Origin: a virus
Reading direction: 5' to 3' (one strand)
DNA length: 25,895 nt
IMG/VR virus record: IMGVR_UViG_3300028298_000030
Coordinates: 1 to 25,895 of that record
In this document: positions 16,849 to 24,607 of the stretch, piece after piece
How positions within the stretch are numbered: position 1 is the stretch's first letter
How the letters are laid out: each line of letters opens with the position of its first letter
Notes under the pieces: generated by a model
Told to the model about the DNA's origin: nothing
The model's input: the letters and a program-made list of their open reading frames with translations, nothing else
Database searches by the model: none
Made by a program: the position numbers and the translations under genes

Positions 16849-17243
16849 TACCCCAGGTATTTGCAGTCGATTGTTGCTGCCGTTCCCCCGGTTTCACTCA
16901 CGAAGGTCAGACGGATATACCCCACTGCAGTTTCCGGGACGGTGAAGATATACGTGTCGTTTGCCGTGATCGTTGTGTCAAGGTTCGATATATCGAGGTT
17001 TGCCCAGACGGAATTATCCGGGCTACCCTCAACACGAACGACTACGGTTGTGTTGATAGCCGCCACGGTGACAAACATCGAATGGTTAATCCGTTCACTT
17101 GTGGCAAACCCGGTCGTGCTGCCCGGTGCCGTAAGTTGCGTGAAGGTATTCGCAAGCGAGTAACCAGTTGTTGATACCGGTAATCGGTTTGTCACGGACA
17201 CTTCACTCCCATCAGTAGTTACGAGTTTTACTGTTCCTGCCAT
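16845..17243 (-). CDS. Small beta-sandwich virion protein, 132 aa
   Basis: Thr-rich; VVVRVEGS.D...W and YIRL.F motifs; coupled to the fibre gene. Confidence 0.6.
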   Translation of the reverse strand: MAGTVKLVTTDGSEVSVTNRLPVSTTGYSLANTFTQLTAPGSTTGFATSERINHSMFVTVAAINTTVVVRVEGSPDNSVWANLDISNLDTTITANDTYIFTVPETAVGYIRLTFVSETGGTAATIDCKYLGY

Positions 17244-17293
17244 GTTTTTCCTCAGATCTGAATATCATTAATTTCACCAATTGGTTCCATGAT

Positions 17294-17307
17294 CCTATGC
17301 GCATAGG
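17294..17307. promoter_or_regulatory. Perfect 14-bp palindrome CCTATGCGCATAGG
   Basis: Read directly; intergenic; followed by a T-tract on the + strand. Confidence 0.4.
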
Positions 17308-17364
17308 TTTTTGTTTTTGCATTGGGCATAGCCAATTATAAAGGGGAATGTTAAAAATGATATT

Positions 17365-17592
17365 ATGGGCATTGTTTTGGACAGCACCGTTGGGAGCAGC
17401 CCGCTTATAATTGACAGTTCAATCGAGAGCGATTCGACCAGCTTGGAGAGCCCGGTTACCGGCAGTTCCCTGCTCGTGATGACGTTTGATATCGGAGCTG
17501 GTTTTGTTGTCGGAAAAGTTATGACGACCGGGGGCCTGCCCGAACTCCTTGAGGCCCCGGGCGTAACGCTGGATAGCACTATCGACGCTTAA
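17365..17592 (+). CDS. Possible antisense-oriented small protein, 75 aa (LDSTV/IDSSI/LDSTI repeats)
   Basis: TTATAAA about 25 nt upstream; stop overlaps the convergent gene's stop; the competing minus-strand ORF 17295..17579 looks less protein-like. Confidence 0.3.
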   Translation: MGIVLDSTVGSSPLIIDSSIESDSTSLESPVTGSSLLVMTFDIGAGFVVGKVMTTGGLPELLEAPGVTLDSTIDA

Positions 17593-17882
17593 TAAATCGC
17601 TGTATTTACCTGGAAATACCCTTTTTTGCCGGGCGGTAACGCGATGCCGCTGACTTCTACATACGCCTGCACGACATACTCGCCGATCTGGGTGATTTCG
17701 GTGCCAACGGTGGTGTAGAGGATATCACCGGTGACGACGTCCCAACTGTCCGGCGTCCACACGGCAGCAGTGAGGTCGGGGCGTTTGATTTTGAGCAGCA
17801 CGGAAGTCGCCCCGGTCAATGCCCGGTTGGTTTTGACGGTGATCTGCTGCCCGGGTTTGCCGGCCCAGATGACATCGGACAT
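17589..17882 (-). CDS. BppU N-terminal-like adaptor protein, 97 aa
   Basis: LTGAT.V.LKIKRPD....W......G.I.Y......I.Q.GEY.VQAYV pattern; TGATG coupling. Confidence 0.62.
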   Translation of the reverse strand: MSDVIWAGKPGQQITVKTNRALTGATSVLLKIKRPDLTAAVWTPDSWDVVTGDILYTTVGTEITQIGEYVVQAYVEVSGIALPPGKKGYFQVNTAIY

Positions 17883-18277
17883 CAGATCATCCCCTTCTTT
17901 TTCATTTTACTGTAATATTTTGAGTCTTCGTCAAGCTGGTCCTTGGCGATCTTGCTGGCGATCGCGGGATTGTCAGTATGCTCCGCCTCGGTTTTGATGC
18001 CCAGGGCCAGCTCTACCGGGTCGTAATCGCTATCCGGGCGGGAGTCTGTGCCTTCCATTACCAGAGTGGCTTTCTGGGCTTGCGTGGTTCTTTCCTTGAA
18101 TTGGATGCCATGATCTCCCAGGAACGAGGAGGTGTGCTTATTCTTACCGTTCCAGATTGTAGACGGAATTTTATCATATGCTTTGCATTGGTGATCGGGC
18201 CCACTAATTAGGTTTGCACATCGGGCACAAACCGGGCTGTAAATTACTTTTTTTAATTCTGAATCATCCAAAATCAT
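17882..18277 (-). CDS. Chimeric protein: Cys/His motif domain plus DUF5661-like domain, 131 aa
   Basis: N-terminal CxxC...CKAY..IP..I..G...H.....GD.GI.F; C-terminal ELALG...E.EHT.....A.KIA.D(Q)L.ED..YY. Confidence 0.7.
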   Translation of the reverse strand: MILDDSELKKVIYSPVCARCANLISGPDHQCKAYDKIPSTIWNGKNKHTSSFLGDHGIQFKERTTQAQKATLVMEGTDSRPDSDYDPVELALGIKTEAEHTDNPAIASKIAKDQLDEDSKYYSKMKKKGMI

Positions 18278-20538
18278 AATTCCTCCCTATGATATAAAAT
18301 TCCGGTTTCCTGCGCTACACGAGACCAGATTTCGTGCCAATGGTTAAGACTGGCCTCTTCCGGTGTTATTTTTCCATTAAAGATTTTATCCCAGTTCTCG
18401 CCTTCTACTTCTTTCATCTTATTATTTATGATAGGAAGTATTGTCTCCTGATCTATCCATCCATTTCCCCGATCTAGAATATGCAAATATTTTGAGCTCA
18501 CGCAACGTATTTGGGCAAGATCTATTTTCATAGCCATGAAATAATCTGCCGGCGAGAATGATCCGCCGGAGGGGTGGTTGTGTGTAAAATATCCATCTTT
18601 CAATGATTTAATTTCATCTTCGGTAAATTCAATGGAATCGATATTTCCCCCCTTTATAAGGATCGTTTCCCCATCTTTATCAAAAACCTTTGCACTTTCA
18701 GTTTTATTATTTTTTATATATGGTTCATAAGTTTTGAATCGTGCCGTTACTTTATCTGGTGTCGGAATTTCGGGTTTTACCGGGGTTTTCCCCGCATCAC
18801 CTGCCGGTTTGCTCTCTTCCTGCTTCCCGCTCTGTTCTCCCGGCTTATCCCCGAATTGTCCGTCATCAGCTCTCGGGTGCTCACTCTCCTTGAAGTCAGC
18901 CTTGCCAAACGGGTTCTTCTTCTGCCCGTCGTCCTCCGGCTCCCCGGAATCGCTGCGGGCCTGCCCGGAGTATCCCTCGGAGTGCGGTTTGCCACCCTGG
19001 TCGGGCTGGTTGCCAGTGTTACCTGCATCTCCCGCGAGCTCCTGCGTGATATCAGCCTGCTTGAGGTTCTGTAAGGCTGTCTCCATGCTCTGGTTATCCT
19101 GTTGCGAGACCCGGTCAACGGCTTCGGTGACAGCCTTGATGTGATCTTCATCCACCTTGGCCATCCGCATAGCCTCTTCCAGCGGGACTCCTGCGTTAAT
19201 CCATTTCGAGACCACATCGGCCCGGCCCTGCTCAACCTGGATCTCCTTGAGCAGGTCGTCGAGCTCGACGATGGGTTTGAACCGGAACTCCCAGTCGGCC
19301 TGGTAGCCATCGAGCTCCGGGAGGATCTCGGTATTGATGACAGTCTCAAGATGCCTGAGAATCGGGGCCAGCATCTTGCTCTTGGTGATGTTCTGATTGA
19401 TGTATGCCGTGGCGCGGTTGGCGTCCCCGGAAGTGAACTCCGACTCGCTGAAACCGAACATGGCCCAGATGATAGAGGAGATGAACTTCTGCCCCTCCAG
19501 CCACTGCATGTGCATGAGCTCGGGGAATACGGTACTGATCTCTTCCTGTCCGAGCAGGTGGAGGATGTTACCGAAATTCTCGGGGCCTTTGTTCTCCAGC
19601 TCGACCTCCATATTGCGCTCTTCGAGCTGCTCGATGCTGGATAAATCGGGATGCTTCCAGACGAGCGAGGGGCCGATGCCGTTAGCAAAGGTCATTCCTG
19701 CGGCCTTGGTGCTGTCGATCATGTATTCGAGCTGCCATTTGAGCTGCTGGATGAAGTCCGTGCCGTAGATGCTGTCCGCACGCTTATACATCATGATCAT
19801 GCACACGTCTGTCGGTGCAAAGGGGATGTAGACGCCGGGCCGGCTGTGCTGCCAGTATCGCTTCACGTACCCATGCGACCAGGGGCCGAAGTAGTTGAGG
19901 CCGTATTGCCCCATGACATTGCCGAACTGGTTGTCCACCTCGATCCAGAACTCGGGGCCGCTGTATGCCTTGAGCTCCAGCAGATTGCCCGCGATGCTCC
20001 GGACCTTGACCCATGCGGCCTGATCGTATCGGAGGATATCGGGAATGGTCTGCTTGATGAGCGTCTGGAAGGTATCCTGTGGGTTGGGCCGCTTAAGGAA
20101 TTTCTCGGCGAATTCTACCGGCACCTTGTTGTTATTGGTGACTTCCCACTCAGCGGTCTCGATGGTGTCCATGATGCGCTTCTCGCAGACTGCGTAAATG
20201 GCGTTCCGGGCGAGCCGGTCGTTATCGGATTTCCAGAAATTTGCACGGGGAATGCCGAAGATATTGAGATACGAGTTGACGCTGTAGATGGCCCGTCGCA
20301 TGGGGTCGTTATTGAGCTGCCTGGCCCGGTATTCGAGCGCCTCGACCTCGTCCTGTTCGGTCATGTAGTATCGCTTGGAGCTCTGCGATACCATGTTGGT
20401 GGCTTTCTGCAGGGTGCGGGTCCGCATGGCCAGCCGTTCCGATGTGACCAGTTCTTCATAGGAGGGGGCTCGCAAGACCCGGAGAGCGGAACGGTACCCG
20501 ACCGTGGCGGCTTTTGTTATTTTGTGGAGTAGACTCAT
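18274..20538 (-). CDS. Portal protein (HK97-like) with a C-terminal linker and JAB/JAMM-like domain, 754 aa
   Basis: Follows terL; portal motifs FL.RPNP...F..L, D.L.Y..A, YG...I..L; the tail has E...THNHPSGGSFSPAD. Confidence 0.87.
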   Translation of the reverse strand: MSLLHKITKAATVGYRSALRVLRAPSYEELVTSERLAMRTRTLQKATNMVSQSSKRYYMTEQDEVEALEYRARQLNNDPMRRAIYSVNSYLNIFGIPRANFWKSDNDRLARNAIYAVCEKRIMDTIETAEWEVTNNNKVPVEFAEKFLKRPNPQDTFQTLIKQTIPDILRYDQAAWVKVRSIAGNLLELKAYSGPEFWIEVDNQFGNVMGQYGLNYFGPWSHGYVKRYWQHSRPGVYIPFAPTDVCMIMMYKRADSIYGTDFIQQLKWQLEYMIDSTKAAGMTFANGIGPSLVWKHPDLSSIEQLEERNMEVELENKGPENFGNILHLLGQEEISTVFPELMHMQWLEGQKFISSIIWAMFGFSESEFTSGDANRATAYINQNITKSKMLAPILRHLETVINTEILPELDGYQADWEFRFKPIVELDDLLKEIQVEQGRADVVSKWINAGVPLEEAMRMAKVDEDHIKAVTEAVDRVSQQDNQSMETALQNLKQADITQELAGDAGNTGNQPDQGGKPHSEGYSGQARSDSGEPEDDGQKKNPFGKADFKESEHPRADDGQFGDKPGEQSGKQEESKPAGDAGKTPVKPEIPTPDKVTARFKTYEPYIKNNKTESAKVFDKDGETILIKGGNIDSIEFTEDEIKSLKDGYFTHNHPSGGSFSPADYFMAMKIDLAQIRCVSSKYLHILDRGNGWIDQETILPIINNKMKEVEGENWDKIFNGKITPEEASLNHWHEIWSRVAQETGILYHREEL

Positions 20539-20541
20539 GGA

Positions 20542-22077
20542 TCACCTGTATTCATTCTTCCAGATCGGCTTGCTGCCGGGCTCTGTCTCGGTGGTATACT
20601 TCCCGGAACCCGGCAAGGCGGTCTGCTTTGAGGCCCCGCCTGCACTCTCCGAGACATAGATCGCGAAGTCAAAGGCGTCGAACTGGTCGTCGTAGGCACC
20701 ATCCGGCATGATGCAGAGTTCCGAGACGAAATCCGCCATGCCCTTTTTAACCCAGACTTTTCCATTCTGCACCAACCCGGACCGGCCATACGCGCGGCTG
20801 ACCTTGTCTTTCGTTGTTTTTACCTCTTTGACCCTAATAAAGGGGAATGTCTTCCGGATGCGCTGCACGAACTCCTTCTGGAATGCCACATCCTCGATGC
20901 CCATGATGTGTGGGTGCCACTGCTGGTACTTAGCGTTTACGATGGAGGCGCGACCTTCGTAGGTGAGCCGGGCCTTGTAGATATCGAGCACGTAGATCTC
21001 CTTTGCGATCTTTTCAAGGCCGATGATGCAGACCGCGAAGTAATCGCTCTGGTCGCCTTCCCCGATGCTGGGATCGACTCCACCGTAAGGTATGAGCCTC
21101 GATGCATCAATTTCAACACCATCGCTGCGAACAATCCAGAGTTTGCCATCTACCCGGGTCTCGGTGGTGTACCAGCGGAACCAGTCGTACTCGAAGATAT
21201 TGCCCTTTTTCATGAGCTCGGCATCGTTCTGGTACTGGAGATTGAAGATGACCGCACCGAGATTCTCCCGGATGGTGAGGAGGCCTTCGGTGAGCTTGCC
21301 GGTCGCGGGATCGAGCCGGTCGTGCAGGGGCATGTAGGTTTCCCAGATGCTGCACTCATCACCGTTGTCATCTCTCCGGATCCCCTGCTGGATCTGGGTG
21401 TCGTATCCGAGCTCATCGATCATGGTCTGGTACAGGTCCATGAAGTGGTACCGGGTGCCGATGATGTGGAGCTCGCCGCCCGGGATCAGGGTGGGAAGGA
21501 GGGTCTGCCGGAACCACTCCAGCATCCGGTCGCGGCTGCCTTCAGTGCGGGCGTTCTCGAAGTTGATCAAGTCGTCGCAGATGATGATGTCGTAGTGCCC
21601 GGACGTGACGGCACCGGAGTAAGCGCCGTGTGCGGTGATGGTGGCTTCGGTGAGGATCTTGCTCCTGCCTTTGAGAACGACCTGGTGGTCAGTCCATCTT
21701 TCCCCGGAGAGCGGGCCAAAATGCTTTCTTATGAGTGGGTGGTGGTGCAGGGCGGTCTTGATGGTGCCAAGGAACCGGACAGCATGATCGTCCGTATCGC
21801 TCACGATGAGGATCCTGATGTTGGGGTCCTGCAGGGCCCGCCACGCAGCATACCCGACCGTGACAACCCGACTCTTGCCGCATCCCCGGGGAGCGAGATC
21901 AAGGGAGATAGAGGTGTTCTCTATGTGGTGCAGGAGTCTCTCGTGGTGGGGCTCGATGACATAGGAGAAGACCTTTTTGATGAAGTACCGGCAGGATTGT
22001 AACAGGAACTCTTTTTCATGCGCTGCTGCTACGGTTGCCGGGTCAAAATGGGTGGGTGATTTGGTGACAGCATGCAT
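20542..22077 (-). CDS. terL: Terminase large subunit, 511 aa
   Basis: Walker A LAPRGCGKS, Walker B DIIICDD, coupling motif IIGTRYH, RNase H-like GGVDPS...D and DDQFDA. Confidence 0.95.
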   Translation of the reverse strand: MHAVTKSPTHFDPATVAAAHEKEFLLQSCRYFIKKVFSYVIEPHHERLLHHIENTSISLDLAPRGCGKSRVVTVGYAAWRALQDPNIRILIVSDTDDHAVRFLGTIKTALHHHPLIRKHFGPLSGERWTDHQVVLKGRSKILTEATITAHGAYSGAVTSGHYDIIICDDLINFENARTEGSRDRMLEWFRQTLLPTLIPGGELHIIGTRYHFMDLYQTMIDELGYDTQIQQGIRRDDNGDECSIWETYMPLHDRLDPATGKLTEGLLTIRENLGAVIFNLQYQNDAELMKKGNIFEYDWFRWYTTETRVDGKLWIVRSDGVEIDASRLIPYGGVDPSIGEGDQSDYFAVCIIGLEKIAKEIYVLDIYKARLTYEGRASIVNAKYQQWHPHIMGIEDVAFQKEFVQRIRKTFPFIRVKEVKTTKDKVSRAYGRSGLVQNGKVWVKKGMADFVSELCIMPDGAYDDQFDAFDFAIYVSESAGGASKQTALPGSGKYTTETEPGSKPIWKNEYR

Positions 22078-22295
22078 CAGCCCTCAGATTCTTTGGATTG
22101 TGCACCTATCACCGGGAATTTGCCCTGGACAAGACACTGTGGACATTCTGCAGTAATCTCTGCCTTCCGGATCGCCTGCCGCATTATACTCTCCGTCAGT
22201 GGCCGTTCCCGCCCGGTATATGGGGTGCGGTAGTTGGTGATGGTAGAGACTTTACCGCATCCCTGACATTTAATGATGAGTGAATATGCGATCAT
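22077..22295 (-). CDS. Small Zn-binding protein, 72 aa
   Basis: CQGC...CPQC; coupled between terS and terL. Confidence 0.6.
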   Translation of the reverse strand: MIAYSLIIKCQGCGKVSTITNYRTPYTGRERPLTESIMRQAIRKAEITAECPQCLVQGKFPVIGAQSKESEG

Positions 22296-22804
22296 AAACT
22301 CTCTGCGATGATATCACCAATCTTGCGGGCGGCCTCGGGTGACAGAGAGGGAATGAGTGGGGTAGACCCGGTCTTAATTTCACCGGCGTGCTCGACATCG
22401 TGCTTATCCCTCCAGTCCTTCGACTGCCGGTTCTTGAGCCAGAAGATCTGAGCGGTCACATCCGGGGCGACCTGCTTGACTGTGTTCTGCGTTATTTGGC
22501 TTCCATCCGGGTTTTCGGTGACCCGTTTTTCCGTATATTCATACCCACAGGCACGCTGGTACAGCGAGGCCACAACCTTACTATCCGCCTGATCCTTGCA
22601 CTCTTTTATGGCTCCGGCAAATTCGGGATATTCCTTTCTCCACCGGATCAGGGTGTCTTCATCCACCCCGAGTGCCTTGGCAATCTCTGGACCGGTTTTA
22701 CCCATAAGTGCGAGATCACCCGCTTTTTTCGGGTGTATTTCGGGATTATACAGGGACGGGCGGCCTCGTTTCTTCTTCTTTTCAGGCGGCAATTTCTTTG
22801 TCAT
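22292..22804 (-). CDS. terS: Terminase small subunit, 170 aa
   Basis: GRPS.Y; HTH (EIAKALGV...TL.RW...YPEF); SLY.RA.GY; PDVTAQIFWLKNR...WRDK. Confidence 0.9.
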   Translation of the reverse strand: MTKKLPPEKKKKRGRPSLYNPEIHPKKAGDLALMGKTGPEIAKALGVDEDTLIRWRKEYPEFAGAIKECKDQADSKVVASLYQRACGYEYTEKRVTENPDGSQITQNTVKQVAPDVTAQIFWLKNRQSKDWRDKHDVEHAGEIKTGSTPLIPSLSPEAARKIGDIIAESL

Positions 22805-23222
22805 AATTACCCCCCTTTATCGGCAATTTATTACTTTTACTTGAATTACAAACTTTGTGAGCCGGAACAAGATTATCCAAATCCTGTGTACCCCCCTTTG
22901 AAATCGGTATAACGTGGTCTATACTAAAATCGGTGTAGTGAATCTGTTTTCCACAAATATGACAAGTAAAACCTTTTCTTTCTACGACTTCCAACCGCAT
23001 TTTGATATTGTCATAATTTGCTTTGGATCGTTTGCGCTTTTTTATCGTTCCATTTTTGATGTCTTCCTTAATTTTTCTCGGTTCAATTACGCGATAATAA
23101 TAATTAATCAATTTTATTTTTTGTTTTGTCTCTTGTTTCTCCATTCTATCGGCCAGATTAAGCCAATATATTTTTTCTTCGGTGGGAAGAATGTCAAACC
23201 AAGGTAAGCCTATATCCATCAC
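22782..23222 (-). CDS. HNH endonuclease (McrA/HK97 gp74-like), 146 aa
   Basis: CHICG...SIDHVIPISKGG....DNLVPAHKVCNSSK; AT-rich; overlaps the terS start. Confidence 0.9.
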   Translation of the reverse strand: MMDIGLPWFDILPTEEKIYWLNLADRMEKQETKQKIKLINYYYRVIEPRKIKEDIKNGTIKKRKRSKANYDNIKMRLEVVERKGFTCHICGKQIHYTDFSIDHVIPISKGGTQDLDNLVPAHKVCNSSKSNKLPIKGGNYDKEIAA

Positions 23223-23578
23223 TCACCTTTCATCATTTTATCATCTATTTCCCCACCAACAAAGGCACAACCAGGAGGATGATAGTAATCACCCCACCCG
23301 AAAATACGGCATGGTTCTGGTCTATCCTCTTCATGGATTGAACATTTACCATCCTTTAATTTTATGCAGGGGTTGTAGGTAAAAATGACATTTCCTTTGA
23401 GTTCGGTTCCTGCATGAAGGAGAGTGAATTTCATATCCTCTTCATCAAGGGTATCTGCCCGTAACCAAAACCCCTCACAGCATTTCCCACACTGTTTACA
23501 ATCTGGGATAAAACGCCCCTGCTCGAAATGACCCTGATTAAGAGGAAATTCGAGACAGTGCAAGAAAGGCCGATTCAT
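23219..23578 (-). CDS. YkgJ/CxxCxxCC-family Zn/Fe-chelating protein, about 119 aa
   Basis: CKQCGKCC...C..L.DGKCSIHE.RPEPCRIF; ATG at 23578 overlaps the upstream TGA. Confidence 0.78.
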   Translation of the reverse strand: MNRPFLHCLEFPLNQGHFEQGRFIPDCKQCGKCCEGFWLRADTLDEEDMKFTLLHAGTELKGNVIFTYNPCIKLKDGKCSIHEEDRPEPCRIFGWGDYYHPPGCAFVGGEIDDKMMKGE

Positions 23579-23877
23579 TCCTTCACCACATACCCGCATC
23601 CATTCGGCTTGTAAAAGGCACCGAAACCATGGTACCGGGCACAGGTCAATGGATACTCTGAAGTGTCGTGAATGTTGCAGCTCGTGGGGAACTCCTGCCC
23701 TGGTGATTCATCAAGATGCTGACAGGTATGAGGGATAAGGAGGTGGTCCTGCTTTTTATCCTCTACACATCCGTGAGCTATCAACCATTCCCGGGTCTCT
23801 GGTGCCAGGTTCCGTGATATCACAGCAATGACGCGACAACAAGCTCCGCATCGGACGCATTCACCCATAGACATCAC
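23575..23877 (-). CDS. Second YkgJ/CxxCxxCC-family protein, 100 aa
   Basis: CVRCGACC...CQHL...CNIH...YP.TCARY. Confidence 0.75.
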   Translation of the reverse strand: MMSMGECVRCGACCRVIAVISRNLAPETREWLIAHGCVEDKKQDHLLIPHTCQHLDESPGQEFPTSCNIHDTSEYPLTCARYHGFGAFYKPNGCGYVVKE

Positions 23878-24299
23878 ACCTTGTTCTCATCGAGTTTGTG
23901 ATCTCCGCACCAGTCATCTTCAAAGACAACCGGATATCCATTCATCGTTGGAGCGTGGCGACGGCAACGGCCAAGTTTTTTGTGACCGTAGGTCTCCATC
24001 GATTGATATTCTCGTGGATTTGGGTCTTTCATTACGCAAAACATACATGTCCGGCACTGCATTCCTGCACTTCGGTGCTTCCATGGATCGGAATTGCCGG
24101 TATAACTTTTCGCGGAAAGTCGCTCATGTAAATTCTGCCAGCAGATAACCGCTTCGTTCAATTCCACTGGAGCAAGTTTCTGATGATACCTTCCGGGGTA
24201 AACTTCGATTGATGAAATCAACAATTCGTCGAATGAGATAATCTGTCCATTATTCGTGTGTATAGTGATTTTAATTGCTTCTCTTCCTGTTTCGTTCAT
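23874..24299 (-). CDS. Hypothetical protein with a C-terminal Cys cluster, 141 aa
   Basis: CRTC...G.CRRHAP....YP.V...DWCG; coupled on both sides. Confidence 0.65.
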   Translation of the reverse strand: MNETGREAIKITIHTNNGQIISFDELLISSIEVYPGRYHQKLAPVELNEAVICWQNLHERLSAKSYTGNSDPWKHRSAGMQCRTCMFCVMKDPNPREYQSMETYGHKKLGRCRRHAPTMNGYPVVFEDDWCGDHKLDENKV

Positions 24300-24607
24300 G
24301 CGTTCATCTCCTCCTTGGTGATAGTGCTCTTCCAGACCTCGCTTTCGGGAGTGCCCCGGGGAAAGAACTGTGTTGCTCCCCCCAACTTATGAATCACCCG
24401 GACTTCCTTCAGTTCCCGGGCGTGCTTGCCGGTCAGGGTCTCGAACTCGTCGCGGAACACCGCGATGTGGGGGGGCCCCTGTGGTTTCCCGGGTTGTGGT
24501 GTAATGATGATGTCTGCCCCATCCTTCCGGATGAGCCGGATTCTTTTGATGGCGATGAGGTACCGGTCGGCCAGCTGCTGGAAATCATCGGTGAGAATGT
24601 TTACCAC
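24296..24607 (-). CDS. Hypothetical protein, about 103 aa
   Basis: GTG at 24607 within ORF 24296..24853; the upstream part of that ORF is a shadow of 24585..24929. Confidence 0.55.
   Translation of the reverse strand: MVNILTDDFQQLADRYLIAIKRIRLIRKDGADIIITPQPGKPQGPPHIAVFRDEFETLTGKHARELKEVRVIHKLGGATQFFPRGTPESEVWKSTITKEEMNA

Noticed and set aside
17295-17579. 94-aa minus-strand ORF as a structural gene
   Set aside because: It is an in-frame continuation after the adaptor's stop with a weak GTG start, no RBS and no motif; kept only as part of the ambiguous-gap finding.
18777-19688. 303-aa minus-strand ORF overlapping the portal
   Set aside because: Arg/Ser-rich alternative frame of a GC-rich gene; no evidence of coding.
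20908-22002. Long plus-strand ORFs (364 aa here; also 19651..20532, 19102..19644, 3819..4382)
   Set aside because: They are antisense shadows of terL, portal and hub caused by high GC3, with no motifs or RBS.
10632-22077. Inteins in terL, portal or MCP
   Set aside because: terL and MCP lengths are normal. The portal's extra length is C-terminal and lacks intein splice motifs (C/S...HN-C/S/T) and LAGLIDADG blocks.
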